A stretch of DNA of 64,000 bases from Candidatus Saccharimonadota bacterium (lineage in GTDB: Bacteria; Patescibacteriota; Saccharimonadia; Saccharimonadales; JAGQNJ01). The notes under the pieces were generated by a model that saw nothing but the letters and a program-made list of their open reading frames with translations, was not told the DNA's origin and did not search any database. Numbering within the stretch: position 1 is the stretch's first letter; each line of letters begins with the position of its first letter. Location of the stretch: assembly GCA_036826295.1 (NCBI GenBank), contig DAISWO010000002.1, positions 13,963-77,962 on the forward strand. The letters run 5' to 3'. The translations under genes and the position numbers were made by a program. Below are positions 10,691 to 20,769 of the stretch, in pieces.

Positions 10691-13600
10691 ATGGCAGAAA
10701 AAAAACTTCGTAGCAGCGACTATGTGCATCTGCATAATCATACTCATCATAGCCTCCTTGATGGCCTGACCAAGATCCCGGCATTAATAGAGTATGTAAA
10801 GAGTCAGGGTATGAAGGCAATAGCGATGACCGATCATGGAACACTGTCAGGCGCCATAGATTTTTACATAAATGCCGTAAACAATGAAGTAAAACCAATA
10901 ATTGGTATAGAAACTTACGTCGCAGCTAGGAATCATACTGATAAGGATTCCCAGAAAGATAAAGCAAATTTCCACTTAATATTATTGGCAATGAACAATA
11001 TCGGTTATAAAAATTTGATGAGACTCAGTACAATCGCTAACCTTGACGGATATTATTATAAGCCAAGGGTAGACAGGAAACTTTTGGAAAAATATAACGA
11101 GGGTATCATTGTCTTGAGTGGTTGTATCGGTGGAGAGCTTGGCGACGCATTTAGAAATCAACAAGACTCTAAGGCAGAAGAAATTGCAAAATGGTATAAG
11201 AAAGTCTTCGGTGATAGATATTATCTAGAAATTCAGGATCACGGGCACGAAAACCACCCATCAAAGTGGGACGAACAAGTATCGGTTACAAAAAAAACTT
11301 TAGAACTCGGCAAAAAACTCGGTATAGATTGTGTTTTGACCTGCGACGCTCATTATCTACAGAAGTCAGATCAAGAAGCTCACGAAATATTACTATGTGT
11401 TCAAACGGGGTCTTTTCTGACTGACGAAAACAGAATGAGTTTGAAGAATTTTGATTTGCACGTAACTGAACCTGACGAGTTAATAAAAAGATGGGGAAAA
11501 ACTAACCCGGAACTTATACAGAATTCTAAACTGATTGCGGATAGATGTAGTGTTGAACTTGATTTAGGCAAAATATTAATCCCCAAATTCCCTTTACCGG
11601 AAGGCGAGTCTGAAAAATCTCATCTATCAAAGATGGTCTATAAAGGTCTAGTTGAGAGGTATTCTGTAAAAAAACCTAAAGACTTTTCAGACATCTCGAT
11701 ATCGCAAGCAAAAAAAATATTGCCTGATGAAGTTAAATCTAGGGCTGAGTTTGAATTAGGCGTTATTGATAGCATGGGATTCAATGGGTATTTTTTGATA
11801 ATTGAAGATTTCATTAGCTGGGGAAAGAGACACTCAATAGTCTTTGGACCCGGCAGGGGTTCTGCGGCAGGATCAATTATCGCCTATTCATTAAAAATTA
11901 CTGAGCTTGACCCTCTGAGATACGATCTATTGTTTGAACGTTTTTTGAATCCAGAACGAATATCAATGCCTGATATTGATATCGATATTCAGGATACCCG
12001 TCGTGACGAGGTTATTCAGTATTGCGTTTCTAAATACGGAGAAGACAGAGTAGCAAATATTGTGACATTTGGTACTATGGCCGCCAGAAATGCAGTTAGA
12101 GACGTCGCTAGAGTGTTGCAGGTACCTTATGCCGAGTCGGATAGGCTTGCAAAAATGATTCCACCTCCTGTTCAGGGGCGTCACGTTCCTTTGAAAATAA
12201 GTCTTGTTGAAAATGAGGAGCTCAAACGAGAGTATGAAACTAATGAGACTGCAAAAAAAGTTTTTGATCTTGCTACAAAACTTGAAGGTACGATTCGGTC
12301 CCATGGGGTTCATGCTGCAGGAGTAGTTATTGCCCCAGATGATATCGTAAAGTTTACGCCGTTAGAAATGGCTCAAAAAGGTGTTATCTCAACACAATAC
12401 CCCATGAACCCAGTGGAGGAATTGGGGTTGCTTAAAATGGATTTTCTTGGATTGTCTAATTTGACAATTATAAAAAACACCCTAAGAATTGTAAAAAAAG
12501 TTGAGGGTATAGATGTTGTATTAACCGAATTACCACTGGACGATTCAAAAACTTATGAACTGTTGGGCAGAGGTGACACAACAGGAGTTTTCCAGTTCGA
12601 ATCACCTGGCATGAAACGCTATCTAAAGCAGTTAAAACCTGAAGTTTTTGAAGATATTGTAGCAATGGGTGCCCTCTACAGACCTGGCCCGCTTACAGCT
12701 GGCCTTACCGATAAATTTATCGCTAGAAAGAACGGCTTAGAAAAGGTCGTTTATGAGCACCCTCTTATGAAAAAAGCCCTTGGAGGAACTTACGGAGTCT
12801 TGGTTTACCAAGAACAAGTTATGCGCATTGCTCGTGATATGTGCGGTTTTACCGGCGGGCAGGCTGACACGTTACGTAAAGCGATAGGTAAGAAAAAATT
12901 AGATTTAATGGCAAAGATGAAAATCGAGTTTGTCGATGGCATGATCAAGAATTCTGGAGTTACTCGTGATTTTGCAGAAAAATTCTGGAAAGATCTAGAA
13001 GGTTTTGCTGATTATGCGTTCAACAAATCACATTCAGCTTGTTATGGATTGATCTCTTTCCAAACAGCCTATTTGAAGGCCCATCACACAAATGCATTTA
13101 TGGCAGCATTAATGACCAGTGATTACGATGACACTGATAGACTGGCAATTGAAATTAAAGAGTGTCAACATATTGGAATTGATGTGTTGCCACCAGACAT
13201 CAATGAATCTTTCTTAGAGTTTGCCGTGGTCCCTGGTAAAGAACAGATTAGATTTGGACTAAATGCAGTTAAAAACGTTGGCTCTGGGGCTGCCGAAGAA
13301 ATTGTTCGGGCAAGAGAATCCAATGGTCGCTTTAAAAGTCTTTCAGATTTTTTTAATGCCATTGACTCTCATATAGTTAATAGAAAAACCGTCGAAAGTC
13401 TAATTAAAGCAGGGGGATTTGATGAGTTTGGCGATAGACAGTTTTTGCTTGATAACGTAGATAGTCTATTGTCGTTCGGAATAAAATCTCAAAAAGACCA
13501 GAACAGCGGACAGACCGATATTTTTGGCGCTCAAACAAAAGATAGTTTAGTTATGAAGCCAGAACTGAATTTGGGAGAACCTTCTGGTAAAACCCCGGTT

Positions 13601-14308
13601 AAACAAAAATTACTTTGGGAGAGAGAACTATTGGGATTGTATCTTTCCGAACATCCTCTGGACGAATATACAAAAATACTTGAAGAACAGACAGTTCCAA
13701 TATCGGCGATCCTACCCGAACATCACAATAAGTCAGTTCAAGTCGGTGGAGAAATAATTTCAGAAAAAGAGATCATGACAAAAAATGGTCAAAAGATGGC
13801 TTTTGTACGACTTGCTGATATGAATTCTGAGATTGAATTAATCATCTTTCCTAATGTTTATCAGCAGACTATTGGAATATGGGACAAACATAATATCGTT
13901 ATAGCTAAAGGAAAAATTTCTTCGAAAAACCAGCAAGGAGAACCAGACGATATAAAGATACTACTTGACGAGGCTCGAGAAGTAACTTCTCAACAAGCTG
14001 AAGCGTATCAATCGACTGGCAGAAAAAAGAAACCGCCAAAAATTTCCGATGTAAAGAAGAGCAATTCGCATAAAGATAAAGCTGAAAGAGTCTATATAAA
14101 AATTGCAGACTTAACTAATTCAGAATTATTACAAAACATAAAAAACGTAATAGATGAAAATACTGGTAATACTGAAGTGGTATTAGTGATAGGCGAAAAA
14201 GAGTCAAGAAAGGCTATAAAACTACCAACGAAAATTAAGAATAATTCAAGTGGAATAGAGAGTTTGCGAGCATTAGTTGGCGATTCAAATCTTAAAATCT
14301 CCGAATGA
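10691..14308 (+). CDS. dnaE: DNA polymerase III alpha subunit
   Basis: PHP domain (HLHNHTHHSLLDG), polymerase core and an OB fold. 1205 aa. Confidence 0.97.
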   Translation: MAEKKLRSSDYVHLHNHTHHSLLDGLTKIPALIEYVKSQGMKAIAMTDHGTLSGAIDFYINAVNNEVKPIIGIETYVAARNHTDKDSQKDKANFHLILLAMNNIGYKNLMRLSTIANLDGYYYKPRVDRKLLEKYNEGIIVLSGCIGGELGDAFRNQQDSKAEEIAKWYKKVFGDRYYLEIQDHGHENHPSKWDEQVSVTKKTLELGKKLGIDCVLTCDAHYLQKSDQEAHEILLCVQTGSFLTDENRMSLKNFDLHVTEPDELIKRWGKTNPELIQNSKLIADRCSVELDLGKILIPKFPLPEGESEKSHLSKMVYKGLVERYSVKKPKDFSDISISQAKKILPDEVKSRAEFELGVIDSMGFNGYFLIIEDFISWGKRHSIVFGPGRGSAAGSIIAYSLKITELDPLRYDLLFERFLNPERISMPDIDIDIQDTRRDEVIQYCVSKYGEDRVANIVTFGTMAARNAVRDVARVLQVPYAESDRLAKMIPPPVQGRHVPLKISLVENEELKREYETNETAKKVFDLATKLEGTIRSHGVHAAGVVIAPDDIVKFTPLEMAQKGVISTQYPMNPVEELGLLKMDFLGLSNLTIIKNTLRIVKKVEGIDVVLTELPLDDSKTYELLGRGDTTGVFQFESPGMKRYLKQLKPEVFEDIVAMGALYRPGPLTAGLTDKFIARKNGLEKVVYEHPLMKKALGGTYGVLVYQEQVMRIARDMCGFTGGQADTLRKAIGKKKLDLMAKMKIEFVDGMIKNSGVTRDFAEKFWKDLEGFADYAFNKSHSACYGLISFQTAYLKAHHTNAFMAALMTSDYDDTDRLAIEIKECQHIGIDVLPPDINESFLEFAVVPGKEQIRFGLNAVKNVGSGAAEEIVRARESNGRFKSLSDFFNAIDSHIVNRKTVESLIKAGGFDEFGDRQFLLDNVDSLLSFGIKSQKDQNSGQTDIFGAQTKDSLVMKPELNLGEPSGKTPVKQKLLWERELLGLYLSEHPLDEYTKILEEQTVPISAILPEHHNKSVQVGGEIISEKEIMTKNGQKMAFVRLADMNSEIELIIFPNVYQQTIGIWDKHNIVIAKGKISSKNQQGEPDDIKILLDEAREVTSQQAEAYQSTGRKKKPPKISDVKKSNSHKDKAERVYIKIADLTNSELLQNIKNVIDENTGNTEVVLVIGEKESRKAIKLPTKIKNNSSGIESLRALVGDSNLKISE

Positions 14309-14311
14309 TAT

Positions 14312-15274
14312 CTATAGAATATAGCCAACTCGTTGACTAACTAGAATACAAAGAGCGACTAAGGCAATAAGCGTTATGTCAAGTAATGGGTTCTTTATTA
14401 CGAACTTTTCCCCTCGTTTAAGTGTACGTTTGATCGCAACACTATGTTTCACAAAAAGATAAGTAATTGAACCCCCAATGATAAATACAACCAAGTATTG
14501 TAGCCAAGGCAAGTTATATCCTGCGAAGGCTTGTAGTCTGCTGACTCCCACGTTCTTAACTTCAACAGTTTTACTGCCAAGTGTTGTGCTATAGGAATTC
14601 GCGCTTGGTTTAGTAGTCGAGAATGTCCCGTCCGAACTTTTTGTTGAGGTTCCATACATCGCAACGACAATAGTTGTAGGACCAGATTTTTGGAAATTGG
14701 AGCTATTAGCAAAACCAAAACCAACATCTTGGTAGTTATTATCCAATACGTTTTCGCGGTGCGATGGGCTATTAAGCCAACCAGCCAGCACCTCAGTAGG
14801 CGCCGAGAACCCATAAGCTAGATTTTCGCCGGCTTTTTGATATGTATAATCGAATTTATTGATGAAAACCCATGGCGCTTGACCATTCGGGGTATCGTGA
14901 GACCAATAGTCTTTCTCGACCATGTCTTCAGCTTTTGCTTGAGCGGCACTAGTTAATTTTTTGTTAATTTCCAGAGGTTTTTTGTCATTTTGTTGTCTAA
15001 CAGTATTCGTAGAATCAAGGAGTCCATTGACACTCATGTTGGTTGCATAAGAAAGCACACCATTACTGATATTCGGTAAGCGCCAAGGCTGAATAATCGC
15101 CAAAATTATAAATAAAATCGACAATAATGGCAAGTACGGATAGTATGTCTTTAAAAATTGTTTAGATTGTTTGTTTTTGGGCCGAAGATTTGAATGTAGC
15201 TTTGTTTTTGGCTGTAAGTTTATTACTCGGCTATTTTTATTTTTCTTCGTTTTTGCGCCCCTTTGGTGCGACAT
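14312..15274 (-). CDS. CAP/SCP-domain membrane protein
   Basis: CAP-domain motifs (YWSHDTP, GENLAYG, GWLNSPSHRENVL) lie between an N-terminal TM helix and C-terminal TM helices. Confidence 0.75.
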   Translation of the reverse strand: MSHQRGAKTKKNKNSRVINLQPKTKLHSNLRPKNKQSKQFLKTYYPYLPLLSILFIILAIIQPWRLPNISNGVLSYATNMSVNGLLDSTNTVRQQNDKKPLEINKKLTSAAQAKAEDMVEKDYWSHDTPNGQAPWVFINKFDYTYQKAGENLAYGFSAPTEVLAGWLNSPSHRENVLDNNYQDVGFGFANSSNFQKSGPTTIVVAMYGTSTKSSDGTFSTTKPSANSYSTTLGSKTVEVKNVGVSRLQAFAGYNLPWLQYLVVFIIGGSITYLFVKHSVAIKRTLKRGEKFVIKNPLLDITLIALVALCILVSQRVGYIL

Positions 15275-15289
15275 ATGATTATTATAACA

Positions 15290-15802
15290 CTAATGCTTGA
15301 ATCGAGAAACAACCTTTATTTGGTAAAGTATTACCGCCGTAGCTTGAACGACGTTAAATGACTCTTTTTTACCAAACATCGGGATTTCTAGAATTTTGTC
15401 GCATTTTTCTATAATGGATTTATCGACACCCGCGACTTCGTTACCTATGATAATTGCAACTTTTTTAGGGGGTAGATATTCTTCAACCGAGATTGAGCCT
15501 GTATTTTGTTCAAGAGCTATAATTTCATAAGATTCTGATCTTAATTCGTTAACAAGATTAACAAGATCTGAATGGTATGACCAAGGTAGTGTCTTATCTG
15601 CTCCTAAAGCGGTTTTCGAGATTTGAGTGTTCAATTTTGAACTAATGTGAGGCAGGCGTTGATCATTTTTTGATGTTGGATATGGTGTGTAACCTGTGAA
15701 ATATACGTGAGATACTCCGAAACCCTCAGCAGTTCGAATAATTGATCCAACGTTATGAGTGCTTCGTATATTATTTACTATAACTACTACTTCTTGCTCC
15801 AT
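15290..15802 (-). CDS. SpoU/TrmH-family RNA 2'-O-methyltransferase
   Basis: NIRSTHNVGSIIRTAEGFG and the C-terminal knot motif IPMFGKKESFNV. Confidence 0.8.
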   Translation of the reverse strand: MEQEVVVIVNNIRSTHNVGSIIRTAEGFGVSHVYFTGYTPYPTSKNDQRLPHISSKLNTQISKTALGADKTLPWSYHSDLVNLVNELRSESYEIIALEQNTGSISVEEYLPPKKVAIIIGNEVAGVDKSIIEKCDKILEIPMFGKKESFNVVQATAVILYQIKVVSRFKH

Positions 15803-15861
15803 ATAACTAATAGTATAAGACTAATTGCGGTAATAGAGGTGCTTATGGTTAAATACTATAC

Positions 15862-17466
15862 ATGAGCGATGATGCCAGAAGAGACGAAGAACAGGCTACC
15901 CAAAAACGGGCCAGCATACTTGGACTCGATTATGTTGATACAAACGCAATTCAAAATAAACAGTTATTCAAGAATATTCTATCGATTAACGACCTTCAGA
16001 CTATGAAGGTTGTCCCAATTACTTCAGATAGGTTTAATGTTCAATTTGGAATTACCAACACCACTTCTCAGCAGACAATGTCTCACTTAAAACAGCAGTT
16101 CTCGGACCAACGAGTTAGTTTTGCGCTAATATCAGATGCTGGATATAGGGATTACATGAGGCTGTATAGCCCGCCGAGACAAGTTGTATACCAAAATATA
16201 GAGCTTACTAATGCAGGCACTCAAGAATTAGTAAATAGTGTCTCGGCTACCCTAGAGCAGGTTAGAGCAGATGACATGCTAGCCTATTTAGTCTCTCAGG
16301 CACATAAATTGAACGCATCTGATATCCACGTAGAAAACCAACGTGAAGCTGTCAGGATTAGACTACGAATCGACGGTGTTTTACATCCGATTGCTAAAAT
16401 ATCACAACAAAAAAATCGGATTCTTCTCTCAGCCATCGCTAGTGCCGCAAATATTTCTACTGCAGCAGAAGATGCTCAACAAGGTCATATCTCTGAAAAA
16501 GTTAGTATGGCCGACGGATCGTTTGTAGACGTTAACCTTAGGATCGAAACAGTCCCCACCGTGAATGGTATGGACGTGGTTATGAGGCTGTTTAACCTCA
16601 GGGAAGATATGTATACTCTGGATAAATTAGGATTAAGTGTTAAAGAGCGAAAGGTAGTTGATGACATAATCGCAAAACCTAGCGGGTTGGTTTTGGCTGT
16701 TGGCCCTACCGGTTCAGGAAAAACAACTACGCTTTATTCAATGCTTAATACCCTTAATATTGACACGCGTAAAATAATTACCATTGAAGACCCCGTAGAA
16801 TATCAGTTTGGTGGAATTACTCAGATTCCGGTTAGATCTACTAGCGGACAAGAAACGAATTTTGCAAATAAATTACGAGCTGTTTTGCGTTTAGATCCCG
16901 ATGTTGTGATGGTTGGAGAAATTAGAGATCTTGACACAGCGAAAACGGCCTTACAAGCATCTTTAACTGGACATCTAGTGCTATCAACTTTTCACGCCGG
17001 CTCTGCAGCTGCTGCATTAACAAGAATTCTAGATGTAATTGAAGAGAACCCACTTCTAGCTACAGCCATTAGGCTAGTTATGGCTCAGCGTTTAGTGAGA
17101 AAGCTGGACGATAAGATAAAGCAACCATACTCTCCAACTTCTGCGGAGCTTGATCATATAAAAAAGGTTATTGAGACTCTACCAACTGATGCTACAAAGC
17201 CAGATTTAACGAAGATTCAGTTATTCAAACCCGGAAAATCGGCAGAGAATCCCTATGGATTTAGTGGTCAAATCGCTCTTCGCGAACAATTTCTTATGAA
17301 TGACAAAATTATTGGCGTATTACAAAAAGGTGCCAGTGGTGCATCGACTAAAGACATCGAGAATGTAGCAGTTGAGAGCGGAATGACGACTATGCTACAA
17401 GACGGCATTCTGAAAGTGTGCGCTGGACAAACTACACTTCAAGAAGTGGCAAGAGTTGTTGGCTAG
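15862..17466 (+). CDS. type II/IV secretion (type IV pilus) assembly ATPase, GspE/PilB family
   Basis: N-terminal T2SSE_N-like region, Walker A GPTGSGKTTT, and Asp and His boxes. Confidence 0.9.
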   Translation: MSDDARRDEEQATQKRASILGLDYVDTNAIQNKQLFKNILSINDLQTMKVVPITSDRFNVQFGITNTTSQQTMSHLKQQFSDQRVSFALISDAGYRDYMRLYSPPRQVVYQNIELTNAGTQELVNSVSATLEQVRADDMLAYLVSQAHKLNASDIHVENQREAVRIRLRIDGVLHPIAKISQQKNRILLSAIASAANISTAAEDAQQGHISEKVSMADGSFVDVNLRIETVPTVNGMDVVMRLFNLREDMYTLDKLGLSVKERKVVDDIIAKPSGLVLAVGPTGSGKTTTLYSMLNTLNIDTRKIITIEDPVEYQFGGITQIPVRSTSGQETNFANKLRAVLRLDPDVVMVGEIRDLDTAKTALQASLTGHLVLSTFHAGSAAAALTRILDVIEENPLLATAIRLVMAQRLVRKLDDKIKQPYSPTSAELDHIKKVIETLPTDATKPDLTKIQLFKPGKSAENPYGFSGQIALREQFLMNDKIIGVLQKGASGASTKDIENVAVESGMTTMLQDGILKVCAGQTTLQEVARVVG

Positions 17467-17888
17467 CGTAAAGTGTTATTTGGTGCAGTTAATGCTCCAC
17501 TGTAGTCGATGAAATCCAACATCTCGTTTCCGGTATGGACTAGAGAAGAAAGTGCGATTAGATTGTATCCAAGTTGAAATATTCTCCCGTTGTTTCCTGT
17601 AAAGTCACGTCCATTAGATACTTTTATGTTTGCAGAGCTTGTTTTTATTGCCGTTATTGGAACGTCCCCAATACTTGACGGATAATAACATTCTGCCCCT
17701 GTAAGTTCCATTGCACGACTAAAATAATCTAAATCAGGAATCGCCTCAAGCATGGACGAAAATCTGATTATATAATCATCTGGGCGAACTAAGCCTTGTT
17801 TAACTAGAAGATCATCTATGGCTTCATGAGGTTTTGTCCCGCCTTGAGATATTTGTTCTACTGTTCCGAATTTTATGCGTTGTATCAT
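17463..17888 (-). CDS. hypothetical protein, 141 aa
   Basis: AGGAG lies 4 nt upstream of the ATG. A TTGACA-17-TAATAT promoter (complement of 17918-17946) sits in the upstream gap. Confidence 0.5.
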   Translation of the reverse strand: MIQRIKFGTVEQISQGGTKPHEAIDDLLVKQGLVRPDDYIIRFSSMLEAIPDLDYFSRAMELTGAECYYPSSIGDVPITAIKTSSANIKVSNGRDFTGNNGRIFQLGYNLIALSSLVHTGNEMLDFIDYSGALTAPNNTLR

Positions 17889-17998
17889 ATAACTCCTGTC
17901 AATTAAATAGTTATAAGATATTAGCGCATGTGAGATAATATGTCAATAAATAATAAAAGCTCAAGCAAAACATAATAATAAATATACTCAGTATGATA

Positions 17999-19156
17999 TC
18001 AAATAATGACTTTAGAAATTGCCGGCACTAACTTTTTATCCAGAACACTGGGGATAATATACTCTGTCGTTGGATTGTCCACTAGTTGAGCTATTGCTTT
18101 CGCTGCGGCAATTTTGTGTTTGTCGGTGATTTGCTTGACTTGATTGTCTAGTGCACCTCTGAATATCCCTGGGAAGGCCAGCGCGTTATTTACTTGGTTA
18201 GGAAAATCACTGCGACCTGTCGCCATAATCGCAACGCCAGCTTTTTTGGCAATGTCAGGCATGATTTCTGGTGTCGGGTTGGCCATTGCAAAAATTATCG
18301 GGTCTTTTGACATTGTCTTTACCATATCGGCAGTGACTAGACCGGGAGCTGACACACCGATAAAAATGTCGGCACCTTTCATGGCGTCTGCTAGCGTACC
18401 GTTCTTATCTTTTTTGTTAGTAAATTTTAGCAATTTCTTTTTTTCGCTATTTAGATCCGTTCTGGACTGAGATATTATCCCTTTGCTATCTACGACTAAA
18501 ATCTCTGGCTTTGCGTACAGGTGAATAAGCTTCATAACTGCCGTACCAGCAGCTCCAGCTCCCACACATACAATCTTGCAATCTTTTAGTTTTCTACCGG
18601 TTATCTTCATAGAATTTATCAACCCAGCTAGTACTACAACAGCAGTACCATGCTGATCATCGTGAAAAACAGGTATTTTAAGCTCTTTTTTTAATCGTTC
18701 TTCAACTTCGAAGCATATAGGAGCCGCAATGTCTTCTAGGTTAATACCTCCAAAACTAGGTGCAATAGCTTTAACTGTAGCGACAATTTCGTCAGCACTA
18801 TGGACGTCAATAATAATTGGCACGGCATCTATATTGGCAAAGTGTTTGAAAAGCATGGCTTTGCCCTCCATAACAGGCAAGGCACCGTACGGGCCAATAT
18901 TGCCAAGGCCTAGTACTGCTGACCCATCACTAATTACCGCAACAGAGTTATTGAGCCAGGTGTAATCTCTAGCTTGGCTAGGGTTCTCTGCGACAAAACT
19001 TGATACAGCCGCGACTCCTGGGGTGTAATAGGTGCTTAATTTTTCAGGACTGTCTAATTTATCTTTTAACGAAACGGATATTTTACCTTTTAGTTTTTTG
19101 TGTTGCGCCAGCGCGATTTTCCCATAATCTTTCTTCATATAATCTAATAATAGCAC
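17999..19156 (-). CDS. NAD(P)-dependent malic enzyme (short form)
   Basis: VISDGSAVLGLGNIG, FGGINLEDI, FHDDQHGTA and GAGAAG motifs. The start is uncertain: GTG at 19156 or ATG at 19138. Confidence 0.9.
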   Translation of the reverse strand: MLLLDYMKKDYGKIALAQHKKLKGKISVSLKDKLDSPEKLSTYYTPGVAAVSSFVAENPSQARDYTWLNNSVAVISDGSAVLGLGNIGPYGALPVMEGKAMLFKHFANIDAVPIIIDVHSADEIVATVKAIAPSFGGINLEDIAAPICFEVEERLKKELKIPVFHDDQHGTAVVVLAGLINSMKITGRKLKDCKIVCVGAGAAGTAVMKLIHLYAKPEILVVDSKGIISQSRTDLNSEKKKLLKFTNKKDKNGTLADAMKGADIFIGVSAPGLVTADMVKTMSKDPIIFAMANPTPEIMPDIAKKAGVAIMATGRSDFPNQVNNALAFPGIFRGALDNQVKQITDKHKIAAAKAIAQLVDNPTTEYIIPSVLDKKLVPAISKVII

Positions 19157-19163
19157 GCGGGTC

Positions 19164-20675
19164 TTATGTGTTGAGGTCGACGATCATGGATTTTCCGTTA
19201 GTAGTATCGATTAGAACTTTAAAACGGCCTTGTCTCACCGAAAGTAAATGACTAGGTTTATCTGGATTATCGTTCTCGATGGTATTCTGTCCGAGAGACC
19301 GCCAACGAGTTTCTATATCGCCCTTAAAGGTTAGGAGTGGTATTCCTAAATCATCCGAAAAGCCTATTAGGTGATCTTGGGGAGGCTTGTCGTGGCCTGA
19401 TCCATCTGCCTGAAGGTCAACTAAAGCCCGGACATTACTTAATCGGCGAATGTCGATGGGATTACCTTGTGTGACTTGCGAAGAGGGGTAACAAAGGATA
19501 TAACCTTGTTGTGCTTCCTCGGTTTTATCGAATTCATAGATTCCGTTATGCGTCTCGCCCGAAAGCCTTATGATGCAACCGATTTCTTCGGTGGCTCTTA
19601 CTTCCCCAGCGGAGCTCAGACCATCAGCTAGTATCTGGTTAGCACGTATATAATCTCCGTTGCTATAAACTTCATCACGAGCTTTCAAGAGGCCTTTCTG
19701 GACAATGTACATAGCTTGGGAATCGTCATTGTCTCTAATAACTGCAAATTCTAGGTATAGTGGGTCTAACGAACCGCCAATAATATTCTCGAAAATTTTT
19801 CGGACTTGTTGCTTAGTAAGGTGATCACCTGGGTCGTGCCGGACCTCAAAACGGTCGAAGTACTCCGGCTGGTGGGGCGAGCCGGCTACCGCCCAACCTG
19901 TTGGAGTCGGTGCGAAGAGTGCTCTTTCTGACCGAGCTTCGTCATAGAGGTCGCTTGCTATTAATAGAGTTCTTGCAGTGGTGTAGAGTGCTTCGTTGTC
20001 ATTGTGGTCTGGCGATAAATCAACGGCTTGAGCTGAAGTGGTTTCAACTGCAGATCCGAAATTTTGCTGGATCTTGACAGAGCCGTGAGGACTCCGGGGG
20101 GTCCCTATTCGAGCGTTTCCTGAGTACGTAGGACCGAATAAGAATGGCGGTTTTCTGCTATCATTAACTCCCCACAAGTCGGTTACCTCATAGCGTGTGC
20201 CTACAACAGGTTGCATGAATATGGAGAAACCGGGGTCTAAACCGGCTCGTGACCGATAATTAACAGCGGCATCGGTGTAATAACTACCAAGTACTCTTAT
20301 GAATGCCTTTGCAATGTCATGAGGATCATTTCCGTGCCATCGACTTTCATAGACGCCAGTGCCGATATCGTCGCCTCTGGCCGAAGAACGTGTTAAAACT
20401 GGTCCGTCAAAATGTATCGAAAGAGCCTCACTAGCGTCTATCAAGGTAGAGAGAAATGCTCTAGGTAATCCAAAACTTTTTTGAATACGAAGTGCAACTT
20501 CGTGAGCTTCTGACGGTTCAGTATCGTTAATAGCTGGCAGACCGTTAGCTTTTAAGACCTCGTCAATGGATTCCTGGGCTATAGGCACTGCAGGAGCGAG
20601 GTATGCGCCAGCGCCTTCAATTACATCTCGTGAGCCATATAATTGTTCGTATTTATCTCCGTAAAATAAAGACAT
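19164..20675 (-). CDS. PEP-synthase/PPDK N-terminal (ATP-grasp, PPDK_N)-like protein, lacking the PEP/pyruvate TIM-barrel domain
   Basis: TRSSARGDDIGTGVYES...AVNYRSRAGLD aligns by eye with the dikinase motif RSSAxxED...G(Q)xE(T/S)...YR. C-terminal DGSGHD...DDLGIPLL resembles the swivel GGxTSHAAIxARExGIP motif. Confidence 0.5.
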   Translation of the reverse strand: MSLFYGDKYEQLYGSRDVIEGAGAYLAPAVPIAQESIDEVLKANGLPAINDTEPSEAHEVALRIQKSFGLPRAFLSTLIDASEALSIHFDGPVLTRSSARGDDIGTGVYESRWHGNDPHDIAKAFIRVLGSYYTDAAVNYRSRAGLDPGFSIFMQPVVGTRYEVTDLWGVNDSRKPPFLFGPTYSGNARIGTPRSPHGSVKIQQNFGSAVETTSAQAVDLSPDHNDNEALYTTARTLLIASDLYDEARSERALFAPTPTGWAVAGSPHQPEYFDRFEVRHDPGDHLTKQQVRKIFENIIGGSLDPLYLEFAVIRDNDDSQAMYIVQKGLLKARDEVYSNGDYIRANQILADGLSSAGEVRATEEIGCIIRLSGETHNGIYEFDKTEEAQQGYILCYPSSQVTQGNPIDIRRLSNVRALVDLQADGSGHDKPPQDHLIGFSDDLGIPLLTFKGDIETRWRSLGQNTIENDNPDKPSHLLSVRQGRFKVLIDTTNGKSMIVDLNT

Positions 20676-20732
20676 GGTTTAACGATATTATAACATCTCA
20701 GCATCGAAAATACAATATTAGTATCTAAAGGG

Positions 20733-20761
20733 TTGAATTAGGGGTGGATTTACTGTATATT
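20733..20761 (+). promoter_or_regulatory. candidate sigma70-type promoter for rplS (TTGAAT-17-TATATT)
   Basis: Hexamers at 20733-20738 and 20756-20761. The ATG is 8 nt after the -10 and no SD is present. Confidence 0.5.
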
Positions 20762-20769
20762 TGGGTGTC

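Noticed and set aside
19164-20675. Annotating the 503-aa protein as a complete PEP synthase or pyruvate phosphate dikinase
   Set aside because: It is too short. The C-terminal PEP/pyruvate-binding TIM-barrel domain is absent and the swivel-domain motif is divergent. Only dikinase-like ATP-grasp homology can be claimed.
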